A stretch of DNA of 64,000 bases, taken from NCBI GenBank assembly GCA_963801445.1, contig CAWDEW010000013.1, positions 44,927 through 108,926 of the forward strand, written 5' to 3'. Positions 39,190-49,188 of this stretch are shown piece after piece; within the stretch, counting starts at the first letter, position 1, and each line of letters opens with the position of its first letter. This DNA is from an uncultured Chloroflexia bacterium (GTDB lineage Bacteria; Chloroflexota; Limnocylindria; Limnocylindrales; CSP1-4). Position numbers and translations under genes: made by a program. The notes under the pieces were generated by a model. That model was not told where the DNA came from. It was given only the letters and a program-made list of their open reading frames with translations, and ran no database searches.

Positions 39190-40588
39190 TCACGGGCGCC
39201 GGCGGACCACGGACGGTCGGGCGACCCTGCGGGCGCGTCGAGCTCGCCCGGATCCCGCGAAGGCGGCCCCGCCCGGCGCGCCGAGGAGGGCGCTCGCCTC
39301 CCGGTAGGCGCTCGCGGCATCGTCGACGCAGCACACGACCAGGTCGCCCGGGGCGGCCCGACGCATCGCCGCGCGGACCGCGGACAGCTCGTCGAGGATG
39401 GTCTGCACGTGGGTCGTCCGCGACTCGCCGGCGTCTCGCGCCTCGCGGACGCCGGCGAGCGTGTTCGCAGCGGACTCGCCGGGAGGCCGCCCCCGGGGGT
39501 CGCGGTCCTCGCGGACGTAGAGCTCGTCGAAGGCCGCGCTGGCGAGGCGGCCGTAGGCCCGCTGGTCCTCGTCGCGCCGATCGCCCGGGATGCCGACGAC
39601 GCCGATCGCCCGGCCGACGCCGCTGGCCCGCGAGACCGGACGCAGGCCCCCCGGAGGGTTCCATCATCCGGCCCACGAAGTCGGCCAGGCTGCGCATCCC
39701 GTCGACGTTGTGGCAGTAGTCGATCACGATCCGGATTCCGCCCAGCTCCAGGAGGTTGAGCCGACCGGGCGCGTTGAGGAACGAGGTCGTGAAGGTTCGC
39801 AGCCCCTGACGGATGTCGGGCAGGCCGGCGCCCGCCGCCCACGCGGCCGCGGCCGCCCCCAGCGCATTGGCGACGTTCATCCGGGCCTTGCCCCCGAACG
39901 TCGCCGGGACGAGATGGGTGCCCAGGACCGGCATCGTGCGTGACCCGAGGCGCAGGACGATCAGCTCGCCCTCGAGCGTCGCCTGGAGGGCGAACGCCGC
40001 ACCGCCCCGCCCGCAGTGACCATCGACCCGGTCCCAGCCGTCGCTCCCCTTCTGGGTGGCCATGCTGAAGTAGACGACCCGGCCGGCGGACTGGGAGACC
40101 ATCCGGGCGACCAGCGGGTCGTCCGCGTTGAGGACGGCCGTCCCGGACCTGGGGACGGCCTCGACGAGCGCGCTCTTCAGCAGGGCAAGCTGGCCGACGG
40201 TTTCGATCCCGCCCAGGCCGAGGTGATCGGCGGTCACGTTGGTGACCAGGGCCACGTCGTTGCGGTCGTAGCCCAGGCCTTCGCGCAGGATCCCGCCGCG
40301 CGCCACCTCGAAGACGGCCATGTCGACGGCGGGATTCCGGAGCACCAGCTGGGCGCTCCTCGGGCCGGACCTGTCGCCCTTCCTGACCAGCCGCCCGTCG
40401 ATGACGATCCCGTCCGTGGAGGTCATCCCGACTCGCCGGCCCATCAGCCTGAAGATGTGGGCGATCATCCGGACCGTCGTCGTCTTCCCGTTGGTGCCGG
40501 TGACGGCGACGATCGGGATCCGGGCGGGCGTCCCCGGCGGGACCTTGTCCTCCGCCCCGCCGACGACGAGGAGATGGCCGCTCGACAT
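39190..40588 (-). pseudogene. stand-alone Mur-ligase-family protein homologous to the C-terminal domain of cyanophycin synthetase (CphA), +1 frameshift in a C6 run
   Basis: PGTPARIPIVAVTGTNGKTTTVRMIAHIF...TDGIVIDGRLVRKGDRSGPRSAQLVLRNP..ARGGILREGLGYD..DHLGLGGIETV..VLNADDPLV..VYFS..RTFTTS..GRLNLLELGGIRIVIDYCHN is closely colinear with the CphA Mur-ligase module. The C-terminus (..GRAIGVVGIPGDRRDEDQRAYGRL...ILDELSAVRAAMRRAAPGDLVVCCVDD..) continues in ORF 39190..39408 once one C is removed from the run at 39647..39652. No ATP-grasp domain lies upstream. Confidence 0.75.
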
Positions 40589-40641
40589 GCGTTCGGGAGT
40601 ATAGCGACGGGTTCGGTGCCGGTGGGATACTGGCCGCCGCC

Positions 40642-41676
40642 ATGGCGTCCATCGATTCCGGTCGACCTGCCCCGCACGCCCCGCCCGCGCCGGTCGGCCG
40701 AGCGGGTGCGCCAGGCCGCGCCGGGACGCTGGTCGACGGCCGCGTCGACCGCCCGGCGCGGCGCCGCACGGCGGTCATCCGCCGGGCACTCCGCCGGGCA
40801 CTCCGCCGCGAGGCTCGCCGCCTGGCAACGCGCGAGCATGTCGCCGCGATCATCCTCCTGGCCATCGCCGGTGGCATCGGGCTGGCGGGCATGTGGGCGC
40901 GGGGCGAGCTGGGCGGGAGCGACGCCCGGGCCTACTGGGCCGCCGCCCGGATCTGGCTCAACGGCGGCGACCCATACCATCCGACCGGGCCATTCATGCC
41001 CTACGTGTACTCCCCCTGGATCCTGCCGATCTTCCTGCCCTGGGCGCTCCTGCCCTGGGACGTCGCCTGGTTCGTCTACCGGGGCGGGACGATCCTGCTC
41101 CTCCTGTGGACCGTCGCCTGGGCCTACCGGATCCATCCGCTGCGCACCGGCGTGGTCGGCCTCGTGCTCGCCTTCCCGATCTTCGCGAACCTCGACACCG
41201 GGAACATCAACCTGCCCCTCGTCCTCCTCCTCTGGAGCGCCCAGTTCACGGGGCCGCGAACCGCCGGGGCCCTGTGGGCCCTGGCCACGGCCATGAAGCT
41301 GGTGCCGCTGGTCTTCCTGCCGGTGCTGCGGCCGCCGGCACGACTCTGGGGCGTAATCTTCCTGGCGGTCGCGGTGTGCCTGACCCTGGCCACGCTGCCC
41401 ATGACGCTCGTGCAGATCCAGGTCCTGACCGCGCTCCCCCGGCCGCCGCGGCTCGACTACCTGGTCTTCCTCTGGGCGCTCCTGCCCCCGTTCTGGCGCC
41501 AGTCCGACGCATGGTGGTTCGCCCGGCGGGGCTCGTGGGGGCGCTGGACCGGGGCGGCCAGGGCAGCCCTTGGCCGCGGGGCGGAATCGCTCCGGCGCGA
41601 CCCGGCGGGCGCCACGGGGGCGGCGGGCAGCCGGCTCCGGTCCGGGGTCCTGGGCTTCTTCGGGCTGGCTCGCTGA
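40642..41676 (+). CDS. DUF2029 / GT87-family membrane glycosyltransferase (mannosyltransferase-like)
   Basis: Polytopic protein with DARAYWAAARIWLNGGDPY, typical of GT87/DUF2029. Confidence 0.6.
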   Translation: MASIDSGRPAPHAPPAPVGRAGAPGRAGTLVDGRVDRPARRRTAVIRRALRRALRREARRLATREHVAAIILLAIAGGIGLAGMWARGELGGSDARAYWAAARIWLNGGDPYHPTGPFMPYVYSPWILPIFLPWALLPWDVAWFVYRGGTILLLLWTVAWAYRIHPLRTGVVGLVLAFPIFANLDTGNINLPLVLLLWSAQFTGPRTAGALWALATAMKLVPLVFLPVLRPPARLWGVIFLAVAVCLTLATLPMTLVQIQVLTALPRPPRLDYLVFLWALLPPFWRQSDAWWFARRGSWGRWTGAARAALGRGAESLRRDPAGATGAAGSRLRSGVLGFFGLAR

Positions 41677-41728
41677 GCGTCACGCGGCGCGGTCACGTCA
41701 ACACCTCGATCAGCCCCCGGCGGCGCTT

Positions 41729-42415
41729 TCAGATCGTGACCGCGGTCCCCTGGGCGATGATCCGGCGCTCACGAGCATCCGGAGCCACCAGCCGGAAGAG
41801 CGACCGGTCGAGCGAGTGGACGCCGGTCGAGATGAAACGGATGGAACCCAGGCGGTAGGCGAAGACCGGGTTCTCCCTGTGCCCCGCGTAGTGCGTCGCG
41901 CTGCCGTCCGCCGTGATGAGCGCGAGGTTCGCGTTGCCGCCGAAGACCGCGTGGAGCCGGGCGAGCTGGCCCGCCGCCGGTTCGTCCGCGCTCCATTCAT
42001 CCTCGAGCCAGCGGGCGGCGACCTCGGTGTCCGCCCGTCCGAGGAGGCGACCCTGGGCGTCGAACCTCGGCCGGAGCTCGCGCTCGTGCTCGAGGTCGCC
42101 GTTGTGGGCCACCACGAATCGCCCGGCCGGGTCCATGAACGGCTGCGTGTCGGGCAGCGTCGTCGTGGACAGCCGCGAGGGACGGCGGAGGTGGACCAGC
42201 GCGGTCGTCGTCTCGTTCGCCCCGATCCCCGCGCGGGCGTCATCGTCGCGGAAGGCGCCGACGTCCCGGTGGCTCGCCAGCGTCCCGTCGGCTCGCAGCC
42301 AGGCGACGCCCCAGCCGAACCCGGCGACGCCGTAGTGCTCCAGCGCCCCGACCAGCTCCCAGAGCGCGTCGAGACGGAACGGCGACTCCGACCGGGCCAC
42401 GAGCTGCTCGCACAC
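41729..42415 (-). CDS. class II (Ntn, YafJ-type) glutamine amidotransferase
   Basis: GTG start immediately followed by the catalytic Cys (V-CEQLVARSE..), then GFGWGVAW and HNGDLE motifs. Confidence 0.7.
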   Translation of the reverse strand: MCEQLVARSESPFRLDALWELVGALEHYGVAGFGWGVAWLRADGTLASHRDVGAFRDDDARAGIGANETTTALVHLRRPSRLSTTTLPDTQPFMDPAGRFVVAHNGDLEHERELRPRFDAQGRLLGRADTEVAARWLEDEWSADEPAAGQLARLHAVFGGNANLALITADGSATHYAGHRENPVFAYRLGSIRFISTGVHSLDRSLFRLVAPDARERRIIAQGTAVTI

Positions 42416-42426
42416 TGCGACGGATC

Positions 42427-43365
42427 TTACCGTGTGCCGCGCGCAGCGCCGCGCGCGGGAGCGGCCCGATCCACGGTTGCCTCGAGCGGTTCGGCGTCCG
42501 GCGGGGCGTCGGCGTCCGCCCGGCCCCCCGGTTCGGGCTGGCAGCGCGGACACCAGTAGGTGACCCGCGGCAGCTCGCCCTGGACGCGCGAGCGGATGAG
42601 CGTGCCGCAGCGCCGACAGGGCCGGCCGGCCCGTCGGTACGCCCAGAGCCGGCCCGGGCGACCCGGCCGGGCCCCGGCCTCGCGGTCCGTCGGCGCTCCA
42701 CCCCCGGCGGTGCCGGTCGTGACCCGGACGATCGCGTCCCGGTTCTCGAGAAGAAGGGCCCGGGCGCGGTCGACCAGGCGCTCGAGCGGCCCGTCGGCCA
42801 GGCTGCCGAGCGGGGCGAACGGCGAGACCCGCTCGATCCAGCAGACCTCGCTCTTGAAGACGTTGCCGATGCCGGCCAGGGCGCGCTGGTCGAGGAGCGC
42901 CTCGGCGATCGGCAGGGCCGAGCGCGCCGGGTCGCGCAGGCGACGGAGCGCCTCGGCCCGGTCGAACCCGTCGGCCGTCGCGTCGGGCCCGAGCGCTCCG
43001 AGGGGTGGGTGCAGCGCCTCGGCCCTGGTCTCCAGGAGCTCGACGACCGGCGCGTCGAAGCAGACGGCCACGGCACCCGGGACCTCCAGGACGAGGACGG
43101 CCCGGGCGGCCGGACGTCGCCAGCGTTCGCCGGGCCGGTAGCGATGCCAGGACCCCTGCATCCGCAGGTGGGTCCGCAGCTCCAGCCCGTTGTCCAGGCG
43201 GATCAGCAGGTTCTTGCCGAGGGCACGGACGTCGATCACCGTCGCCCCGACGACCTTCTCGACCCGGGGACCGGGCACCCGGGCCCGGGCGACAGTGACG
43301 ACCCGGCCGAGCAGGTGGGGTCGGAGCGCGGCCGCGGTCCGGAAGAGCGTGTCGCCTTCGGGCAT
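42427..43365 (-). CDS. nei: Fpg/Nei family DNA glycosylase (endonuclease VIII-like)
   Basis: N-terminal MPEGDT (catalytic Pro2/Glu3), H2TH region, and a C-terminal CRRCG...CPRCQ zinc finger. It lies directly downstream of lhr, as in mycobacteria. Confidence 0.75.
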   Translation of the reverse strand: MPEGDTLFRTAAALRPHLLGRVVTVARARVPGPRVEKVVGATVIDVRALGKNLLIRLDNGLELRTHLRMQGSWHRYRPGERWRRPAARAVLVLEVPGAVAVCFDAPVVELLETRAEALHPPLGALGPDATADGFDRAEALRRLRDPARSALPIAEALLDQRALAGIGNVFKSEVCWIERVSPFAPLGSLADGPLERLVDRARALLLENRDAIVRVTTGTAGGGAPTDREAGARPGRPGRLWAYRRAGRPCRRCGTLIRSRVQGELPRVTYWCPRCQPEPGGRADADAPPDAEPLEATVDRAAPARGAARGTR

Positions 43366-43399
43366 CGGTCGATCCAGCGGCGGGCGACGCGGCGGGCGC

Positions 43400-46300
43400 T
43401 CAGCGCGGGACGCGGAGCGCCATGCCCCGATAGCCCGCGCTGAACCCGGCAGCCTCGAGCCGGGCTCGCCAGGGGCTCGCCGGTCCCGTCGGCTCGCCGT
43501 CGATGCGGGCGAGGACGAGGTCCCGAACCCGGCCGTCGACGACGAGCGCGCGGAGGGCGGCCAGGGCCGCGCCAAGGCGGTCGGGATCGTCCGCTGCCGG
43601 GAACGTGGCCAGCCCCCTGGCGCCCCGCTCCAGGTAGCACACCGGCACGCCCTCCACGAGCACGACGTACGCCCCGGCGGCGCGCTGGAAGGGGCGGCGA
43701 TCCGCTTCGGCGCGGCGCGGCCAGGCGAGCGCCGCCCCGTACGGCTGGGCCGGGTCGGCCGCGGCCAGGAGGTCCACCCGGAGCATCGCCCGATCCGCTT
43801 CGCGCAGCGCCCGCAGCCGGTCGACCGCCCCGGGCAGCGCGAACTGGGCGGCGCCCAGGCCGTCGACGAAGTAGCCCCGCCGGATCCGGCCGGCCTCCTC
43901 CAGGGCGCGGAGCACCGGGTAGACACCCGCGAACCCGCCCTCGACCGACTCGCCCACGACCGCCTCGCGGGTCAGGACGCCGTGCCGGTCGAGGAGCGCC
44001 AGGGCGAGCGCGTGGAGCCGCTGCGTCGCGCCCGGGGCGGCCGGACCGCTCGTCACCGCGCCCGACGGCAGATTCGTGCCGGAGGCCAGGTCGGACGCGC
44101 TGCCCAGGCGGTCCGCATCCGGCGGGTCGACGAGCGACCAGCGGCCAGCCGCCTCCGGCGGGCCGAGGCTGGGAAGGCGACCCGGCCGTGGTCGCCGGTC
44201 GCCGGCTGGGCGCTTCCAGCGCAGCGCCCGAAGCGGGGCGAACGTGTCATTCGTCACCTCGCCCGCCCAGGCGAGATCCCAGAGCGCGTCCAGCACCTCG
44301 CGCTCCGACCCGCCCCCGGCCGCCGCGAAGATCTCCCGGTAGAACGATGCGCCGCGGCGACCGAGGAGCGCCCGGATGGCGGCGTGGCGAGGTCCCTCCG
44401 GGACATCGGTCGCGGCCTGGGCGGCAATTCGCGCGGCCCGCAGCACGTCGCCGCGGCCGGGCCGGAACAGGGCCACGCGGCCGTCGTCCCGACCCAGCGA
44501 CCCGCAGCCCACCCAGGCAACCTCGCCGAGGGCACCCAGCTCGTCGAGCAGGCGGGGCTGGTAGCCGGGGACACGAGCCGGCAGGACATCCCGTTCCAGC
44601 ACCGAGGCCGGGATCGGGACGCCGGTGAGCTGGTCCACGACCTCCGCCAGGCGCTCCAGGGCCGCCTGGCCGCGCAGCGGAGCCGGGCGCTCCACGCCCG
44701 GACCGGGGACCGGCGCCACGCCCTGCCAGGCCGGCAGGAAGCGTGCGAGCGCGGCCTGCTCGACGGGCTCCACCTCGCGCCGAAGGCGCGCCAGCGAACG
44801 GCGGCGGAGCGTCCGGAGCACGTCCGGGTCGCACCATTCGCGTTCGGCCCCGCCGGGGCGGAACTCGCCCCGGAGCAGCGTCCCGGCGGCGACGAGGCGG
44901 CCCAGCGCCTCGTCGACGATCCCGCTGGGCAGCCCCCAGCGCAGGGCTGGCTCGCGGGCCAGGAATGGGCCATGCGTGCGGGCCCAGCGGGACAGCAGCC
45001 CGCCCAGCGCATCGACCGTCGGGCCCAGGAACGCGGCGGGCGTGCCCTGGGGCGGCTGGGCGCCGGTCGCGTCCCGGTAACGGGCCGCATCCTCGATCGC
45101 CACCCAGCGCGGCTCGCCGCCGATTCGCAGCGCGATCGCGCGCCGCGTCGCGGCCAGCGTCTCCAGCCACTCCCCGGCAGCCGGCGGGCCCCCACGGGTC
45201 CGGGCGGCGAGCTCGTCGGACGTGAGGTCGCCGAGCCGGCGGAGCAGGTCGGCCAGCTGATCCACCGAGCCCGCCTTGCGCTCGTCCACCAGGGCCTGGA
45301 GGGTCAGATCCGTCTCCTCCAGCGCCTCGGGGTCCAGCAGCTCGCGGAGCTCCTCCTGGCCCAGCAGCTCACGCAGCAGGTCGCGGTCCAGCGCCAGCGC
45401 CTGGGCCCGGCGCTCCGCCAGCGGCGCGTCGCCCTCGTACATGTAGGCGGCCACGTAGTCGAACAGCAGCGATGACGCGAACGGCGTGGCCCGGACCGTC
45501 TCGACGCGGTGGACGCCGACCTCGCGGCGAGCGATCCCGGCGAGCACCTCGCGGAGCGCCGGGAGGTCGAAGACATCGGCCAGGCATTCGCGGTAGGTCT
45601 CCACCAGGATCGGGAAGCTGCCGTACCGGCTGGCGACGGCGAGGAGGTCGGCTGCCCGCTGGCGCTGCTGCCAGAGCGGCGTCCGGGACCCCGGCCGGCG
45701 ACGGGGCAGGAGGAGGGCTCGCCCCGCGCTCTCGCGGAAGCGCGAGGCGAACAGGGCCGATCCGCCGACCGCGCCGACGACCAGGTCCTCGACCGCGTCG
45801 GCATCCGGGAAGAGCGCGTCCTCGACCCCCTCGAGATCGCCCTCGGGCAGCCGGATCGCGATCCCGTCGTCGGACCAGATGCTGGAGACCTCGCTCCCCA
45901 GGCGCTCGCGCAGGCGCGCCTCGATCGCCAGCGACCACGGGGCGTGGACGCGGCCGCCGAACGGCGTCAGGAGGACGAGCCGCCAGTCGCCCAGCTCGTC
46001 GCGGAAGCGCTCGACCACCACCCGGCGATCCGTCGGGAGGGCCCCCGCCGCCTCCCGCTCGTCCTCGAGGTAGGCCACGAGGTTCTCCGCCGCGAGCGGA
46101 TCCAGGTCGTTGCGCGTGCGCAGCCGCTCGATCGCCGCAGCGCGCCCCTTCGGGCCCCGGGAGAGGTCTCCCTCCAGCTCCCGCACGAGCGCGCCGAGGG
46201 CCCGTCCGAGCTCGATCGGGCGCCCGATCGCGTCGCCTTTCCAGAACGGGAGCTTGCCTGGCTCGCCGGGCGCCGGGGTGACGATCACCCGGTCCGGCGT

Positions 46301-48112
46301 GATCTCGGCGACCCGCCAGCTGCTGGCGCCGAGGACGATGACGTCGCCGTGCATCCCGGCGCGGAGCTCGTAGACCATCTCCTCGTCCAGCTCGCCGACC
46401 CGCCGCCCCGGCGTCCCCGCCTCCCCGGCGACGAAGACCCCGTACAGCCCCCGGTCCGGGATCGTCCCGCCGGAGGTGACCGCGACCACGCGGGCGTCGC
46501 GCCGTCCCTCGACCGTGTCGGCCACCCGGTCCCACACGACGCGCGGCTTGAGCTCGGCGAACTCGTCGGACGGGTAGGCGCCGGAAAGCATCGCCAGGAC
46601 GCCCTCCAACGCCTCGCGCGTGAGCGTCTCGAACGGGGAGGCGCGGGTGACCGCGGCGAGGAGCTCGGTCACCGTCCAGCGGTCCATCACGGTCATGGCC
46701 ACGAGCTGCTGGGCGAGCACGTCGAGCGGGTTGCGCGGGACCGCGGTCGCCTCGATCGCCCCGGCGTGCATCCGCTCCGCGACCACCGCGCACTCCAGGA
46801 GATCGCCGCGGTACTTCGGGAAGATCACGCCGCGGGATACCTCGTCGACCCGGTGGCCGGCCCGCCCGATTCGCTGGAGGCCCCGGGCGACCGACGTGGG
46901 CGACTCGACCTGGATCACGAGGTCGATCGCCCCCATGTCGATGCCGAGCTCCAGCGACGACGTGGCGACGAGGGCGGGCAGCCGCCCTTCCTTGAGCGCC
47001 TCCTCGATCGCGACGCGCTGCTCTCGGGCGATCGAGCCGTGGTGGGCGCGCACGAGCTCCTCGCCGGCCAGCTCGTTGAGGCGCTGGGCCAGGCGCTCCG
47101 CGAGCCGCCGGCTGTTGCAGAAGACGAGCGTGCTCCGGTGCGCGCGGATGAGCTCGAGGATCCGGGGGTGGATCGCGGGCCAGATGCTGACCCGCGTCTC
47201 GCGGCCTGCCACCGGACCGCCTGGCTGCTCGTCGAGGGGCAGCATCTCCCCGAGGCGGCTCATGTCCTCCACCGGGACCACGACCTGGACGTCCAGCGCC
47301 TTGCGCGCCCCCGCGTCCACGATCGTGACCGCGCGGTCCGGCCCGGCCCCGGCCAGGAACCGGCCGATCGTCTCGAGCGGTCGCTGGGTGGCCGAGAGCC
47401 CGATCCGCTGGAAGGCCGGGGCGGTCGGTGACCGGAGGGCGACGAGGCGCTCCAGGCTCAGCGCGAGATGCGCGCCCCGCTTCGTCCCGGCGACCGCGTG
47501 GACCTCGTCGATGATGACGTGCTCCACGCCGCGCAGGATCTCGCGCGCCTCCGAGGTGAGCAGGAGGTAGAGCGACTCGGGCGTGGTGATCAGGATCTCG
47601 GGCGGATGCTTCGCCAGCTGGCGGCGCGCCTCGCTGGGCGTGTCGCCCGTGCGGCTCCCGATCGAGACGGGTCGGACCGGCATTCCCAGCTTCGCGCCGG
47701 CCAGGGCGATCCCCGCGAGCGGTGCGCGCAGGTTCCGCTCCACGTCATAGGTGAGCGCCTTGAGCGGGCTCACGTAGAGGATTCGAACCGTCCCGCCGTC
47801 CGCGGCGCTCATGCCGGCAGCCCTGTCGGCGGCTGGGCGCGCCCGCGGCGCTGACGCCGCCGACACGGGCATCGCGGGCCGTGTCTCGAGTGGCTCCCGT
47901 ACCAGGCGGTCAAGGCACCACAGGAACGCGGCGAGCGTCTTGCCGCTGCCCGTGGGGGCGTGGAGGAGAACGTGGCCGCCGCCGGCGATCGCGGCCCACC
48001 CCCCGGCCTGGGCCTGCGTCGGCGCCGCGAACGCCTCGCGGAACCAGCTCGCGACCGGTGGGCTGAACCGGGCGAGCGGGTCGTCGACGGGCGGGGCGGA
48101 TCGCGGGGCCAC
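43400..48112 (-). CDS. lhr: ATP-dependent DNA helicase Lhr (long form, 1570 aa)
   Basis: Walker A HAPTGSGKT, DEVH box, helicase C motifs and the long Lhr C-terminal extension. Intact 4.7-kb ORF with a GTG start. Confidence 0.9.
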   Translation of the reverse strand: MAPRSAPPVDDPLARFSPPVASWFREAFAAPTQAQAGGWAAIAGGGHVLLHAPTGSGKTLAAFLWCLDRLVREPLETRPAMPVSAASAPRARPAADRAAGMSAADGGTVRILYVSPLKALTYDVERNLRAPLAGIALAGAKLGMPVRPVSIGSRTGDTPSEARRQLAKHPPEILITTPESLYLLLTSEAREILRGVEHVIIDEVHAVAGTKRGAHLALSLERLVALRSPTAPAFQRIGLSATQRPLETIGRFLAGAGPDRAVTIVDAGARKALDVQVVVPVEDMSRLGEMLPLDEQPGGPVAGRETRVSIWPAIHPRILELIRAHRSTLVFCNSRRLAERLAQRLNELAGEELVRAHHGSIAREQRVAIEEALKEGRLPALVATSSLELGIDMGAIDLVIQVESPTSVARGLQRIGRAGHRVDEVSRGVIFPKYRGDLLECAVVAERMHAGAIEATAVPRNPLDVLAQQLVAMTVMDRWTVTELLAAVTRASPFETLTREALEGVLAMLSGAYPSDEFAELKPRVVWDRVADTVEGRRDARVVAVTSGGTIPDRGLYGVFVAGEAGTPGRRVGELDEEMVYELRAGMHGDVIVLGASSWRVAEITPDRVIVTPAPGEPGKLPFWKGDAIGRPIELGRALGALVRELEGDLSRGPKGRAAAIERLRTRNDLDPLAAENLVAYLEDEREAAGALPTDRRVVVERFRDELGDWRLVLLTPFGGRVHAPWSLAIEARLRERLGSEVSSIWSDDGIAIRLPEGDLEGVEDALFPDADAVEDLVVGAVGGSALFASRFRESAGRALLLPRRRPGSRTPLWQQRQRAADLLAVASRYGSFPILVETYRECLADVFDLPALREVLAGIARREVGVHRVETVRATPFASSLLFDYVAAYMYEGDAPLAERRAQALALDRDLLRELLGQEELRELLDPEALEETDLTLQALVDERKAGSVDQLADLLRRLGDLTSDELAARTRGGPPAAGEWLETLAATRRAIALRIGGEPRWVAIEDAARYRDATGAQPPQGTPAAFLGPTVDALGGLLSRWARTHGPFLAREPALRWGLPSGIVDEALGRLVAAGTLLRGEFRPGGAEREWCDPDVLRTLRRRSLARLRREVEPVEQAALARFLPAWQGVAPVPGPGVERPAPLRGQAALERLAEVVDQLTGVPIPASVLERDVLPARVPGYQPRLLDELGALGEVAWVGCGSLGRDDGRVALFRPGRGDVLRAARIAAQAATDVPEGPRHAAIRALLGRRGASFYREIFAAAGGGSEREVLDALWDLAWAGEVTNDTFAPLRALRWKRPAGDRRPRPGRLPSLGPPEAAGRWSLVDPPDADRLGSASDLASGTNLPSGAVTSGPAAPGATQRLHALALALLDRHGVLTREAVVGESVEGGFAGVYPVLRALEEAGRIRRGYFVDGLGAAQFALPGAVDRLRALREADRAMLRVDLLAAADPAQPYGAALAWPRRAEADRRPFQRAAGAYVVLVEGVPVCYLERGARGLATFPAADDPDRLGAALAALRALVVDGRVRDLVLARIDGEPTGPASPWRARLEAAGFSAGYRGMALRVPR

Positions 48113-48121
48113 GGGACCGCG

Positions 48122-48127
48122 AGTATA
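48122..48127 (-). promoter_or_regulatory. TATACT -10 element 9 nt upstream of the lhr GTG (leaderless-type)
   Basis: The minus strand reads gggTATACTcgcggtcccGTG. There is no SD, consistent with leaderless or short-leader initiation. Confidence 0.3.
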
Positions 48128-48265
48128 CCCGGCGCCCGGGAAAACGATCGCCCGTTCTATTGCGGGCCGCCGACGTCCCGACGGACGGGCCGGACCCGGG
48201 GCGCCACGTGGGCTCCCGGCTGGGCCAGGAGTGGCGCCCGGGTCGGGCGACGACCTCCGTCGCGG

Positions 48266-48838
48266 TCAGGCCGGGCTGGACCTCCAGCCCGGATCCGGCT
48301 CGGGCGAGAGCAGCCAGCGCCGGATGCCCGTCGGCACCTTCCCGGCGACGACCGAATCGAGGCCGAAGTAGTTGCCGGCGCCGACCACGCCGAGGCCGAA
48401 CGTGACCACCGCATAGGTCAGGTGCTGGTTGACGATGCCGTAGGCGAAGTCCCAGGCGGCCAGGAAGAAGAAGACCATCATCACGGTGCCCATCGCGGCA
48501 GCGAACCGCGTGGCGATCCCCAGGATCAGGGCGATGCCGATTGCGACCTCGCCGAACACGACGAAGAAGTTGACCAGCGGCATGAGGCCGCTGCCCGCAA
48601 GGCCCACCCACAGGTCGTGGGTCGGGTTGAAGACCGTCCCGTCGGCCGGCGTACCCGAGACGAATGGCCACCCGAGCGTGCCGTTCGTGGCGAACTTGAG
48701 GAACCCGGCGGCGTCGAACGGCCCGCCCTTCCCGTCTCCCTGGGTCAGCTTCTCGAGGCCTGCCCACAGGAAGATGATGCCGATGGCCACCCGCCCGATC
48801 GCCACGGCAAGCGCATGTCGCCGATCAGTCACCTTCAT
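48266..48838 (-). CDS. DoxX family membrane protein
   Basis: MKVTDRRHALAVAIGRVAIGIIFLWAGLEKL... with four TM helices, typical of DoxX. Confidence 0.7.
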   Translation of the reverse strand: MKVTDRRHALAVAIGRVAIGIIFLWAGLEKLTQGDGKGGPFDAAGFLKFATNGTLGWPFVSGTPADGTVFNPTHDLWVGLAGSGLMPLVNFFVVFGEVAIGIALILGIATRFAAAMGTVMMVFFFLAAWDFAYGIVNQHLTYAVVTFGLGVVGAGNYFGLDSVVAGKVPTGIRRWLLSPEPDPGWRSSPA

Positions 48839-49188
48839 GACCCCCATCCCTTCCACTCCCTGGTGGCTGCCTCGCGACCGACCAGCCCCCGATGCGGCCT
48901 CCCGCCGCGCTCCCCGCCGGTCCGGATCAGGTCCGTCCAGGGCGATCCGCCAGCCTGCGATTTATGCGCATGTGTGAATGTTATCCGACGGCACGACCGT
49001 CGGGCGCTCCCCCACCCGCCCGTGCTGGCGAGGCAGGATTCGTCGATGCAGGCGCCCCACGTGGTCGGCCCAGGGGCGCGGCCGGCGGGCCCCCGGCGCC
49101 AGGCGCGGCCGTCGAGACGGCGCACTGCGGCGAGGCGACGCGACGCCGTCGCGGCGGTGGAGGCGACCCGCTCGGGGCGGGCTCTGGC

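Noticed and set aside
47761-47800. tRNA-like T-loop sequence (rc GGTTCGAATCC) inside lhr
   Set aside because: Flanking bases cannot form a T-stem or acceptor stem, and the site lies inside the intact lhr reading frame. Judged coincidental.
48940-48990. AT-rich patch gcgatttatgcgcatgtgtgaatgttatccgac upstream of doxX as a defined operator
   Set aside because: It contains a short ATGCGCAT palindrome, but no convincing -35/-10 spacing or longer dyad could be established. Noted only as a likely promoter region.
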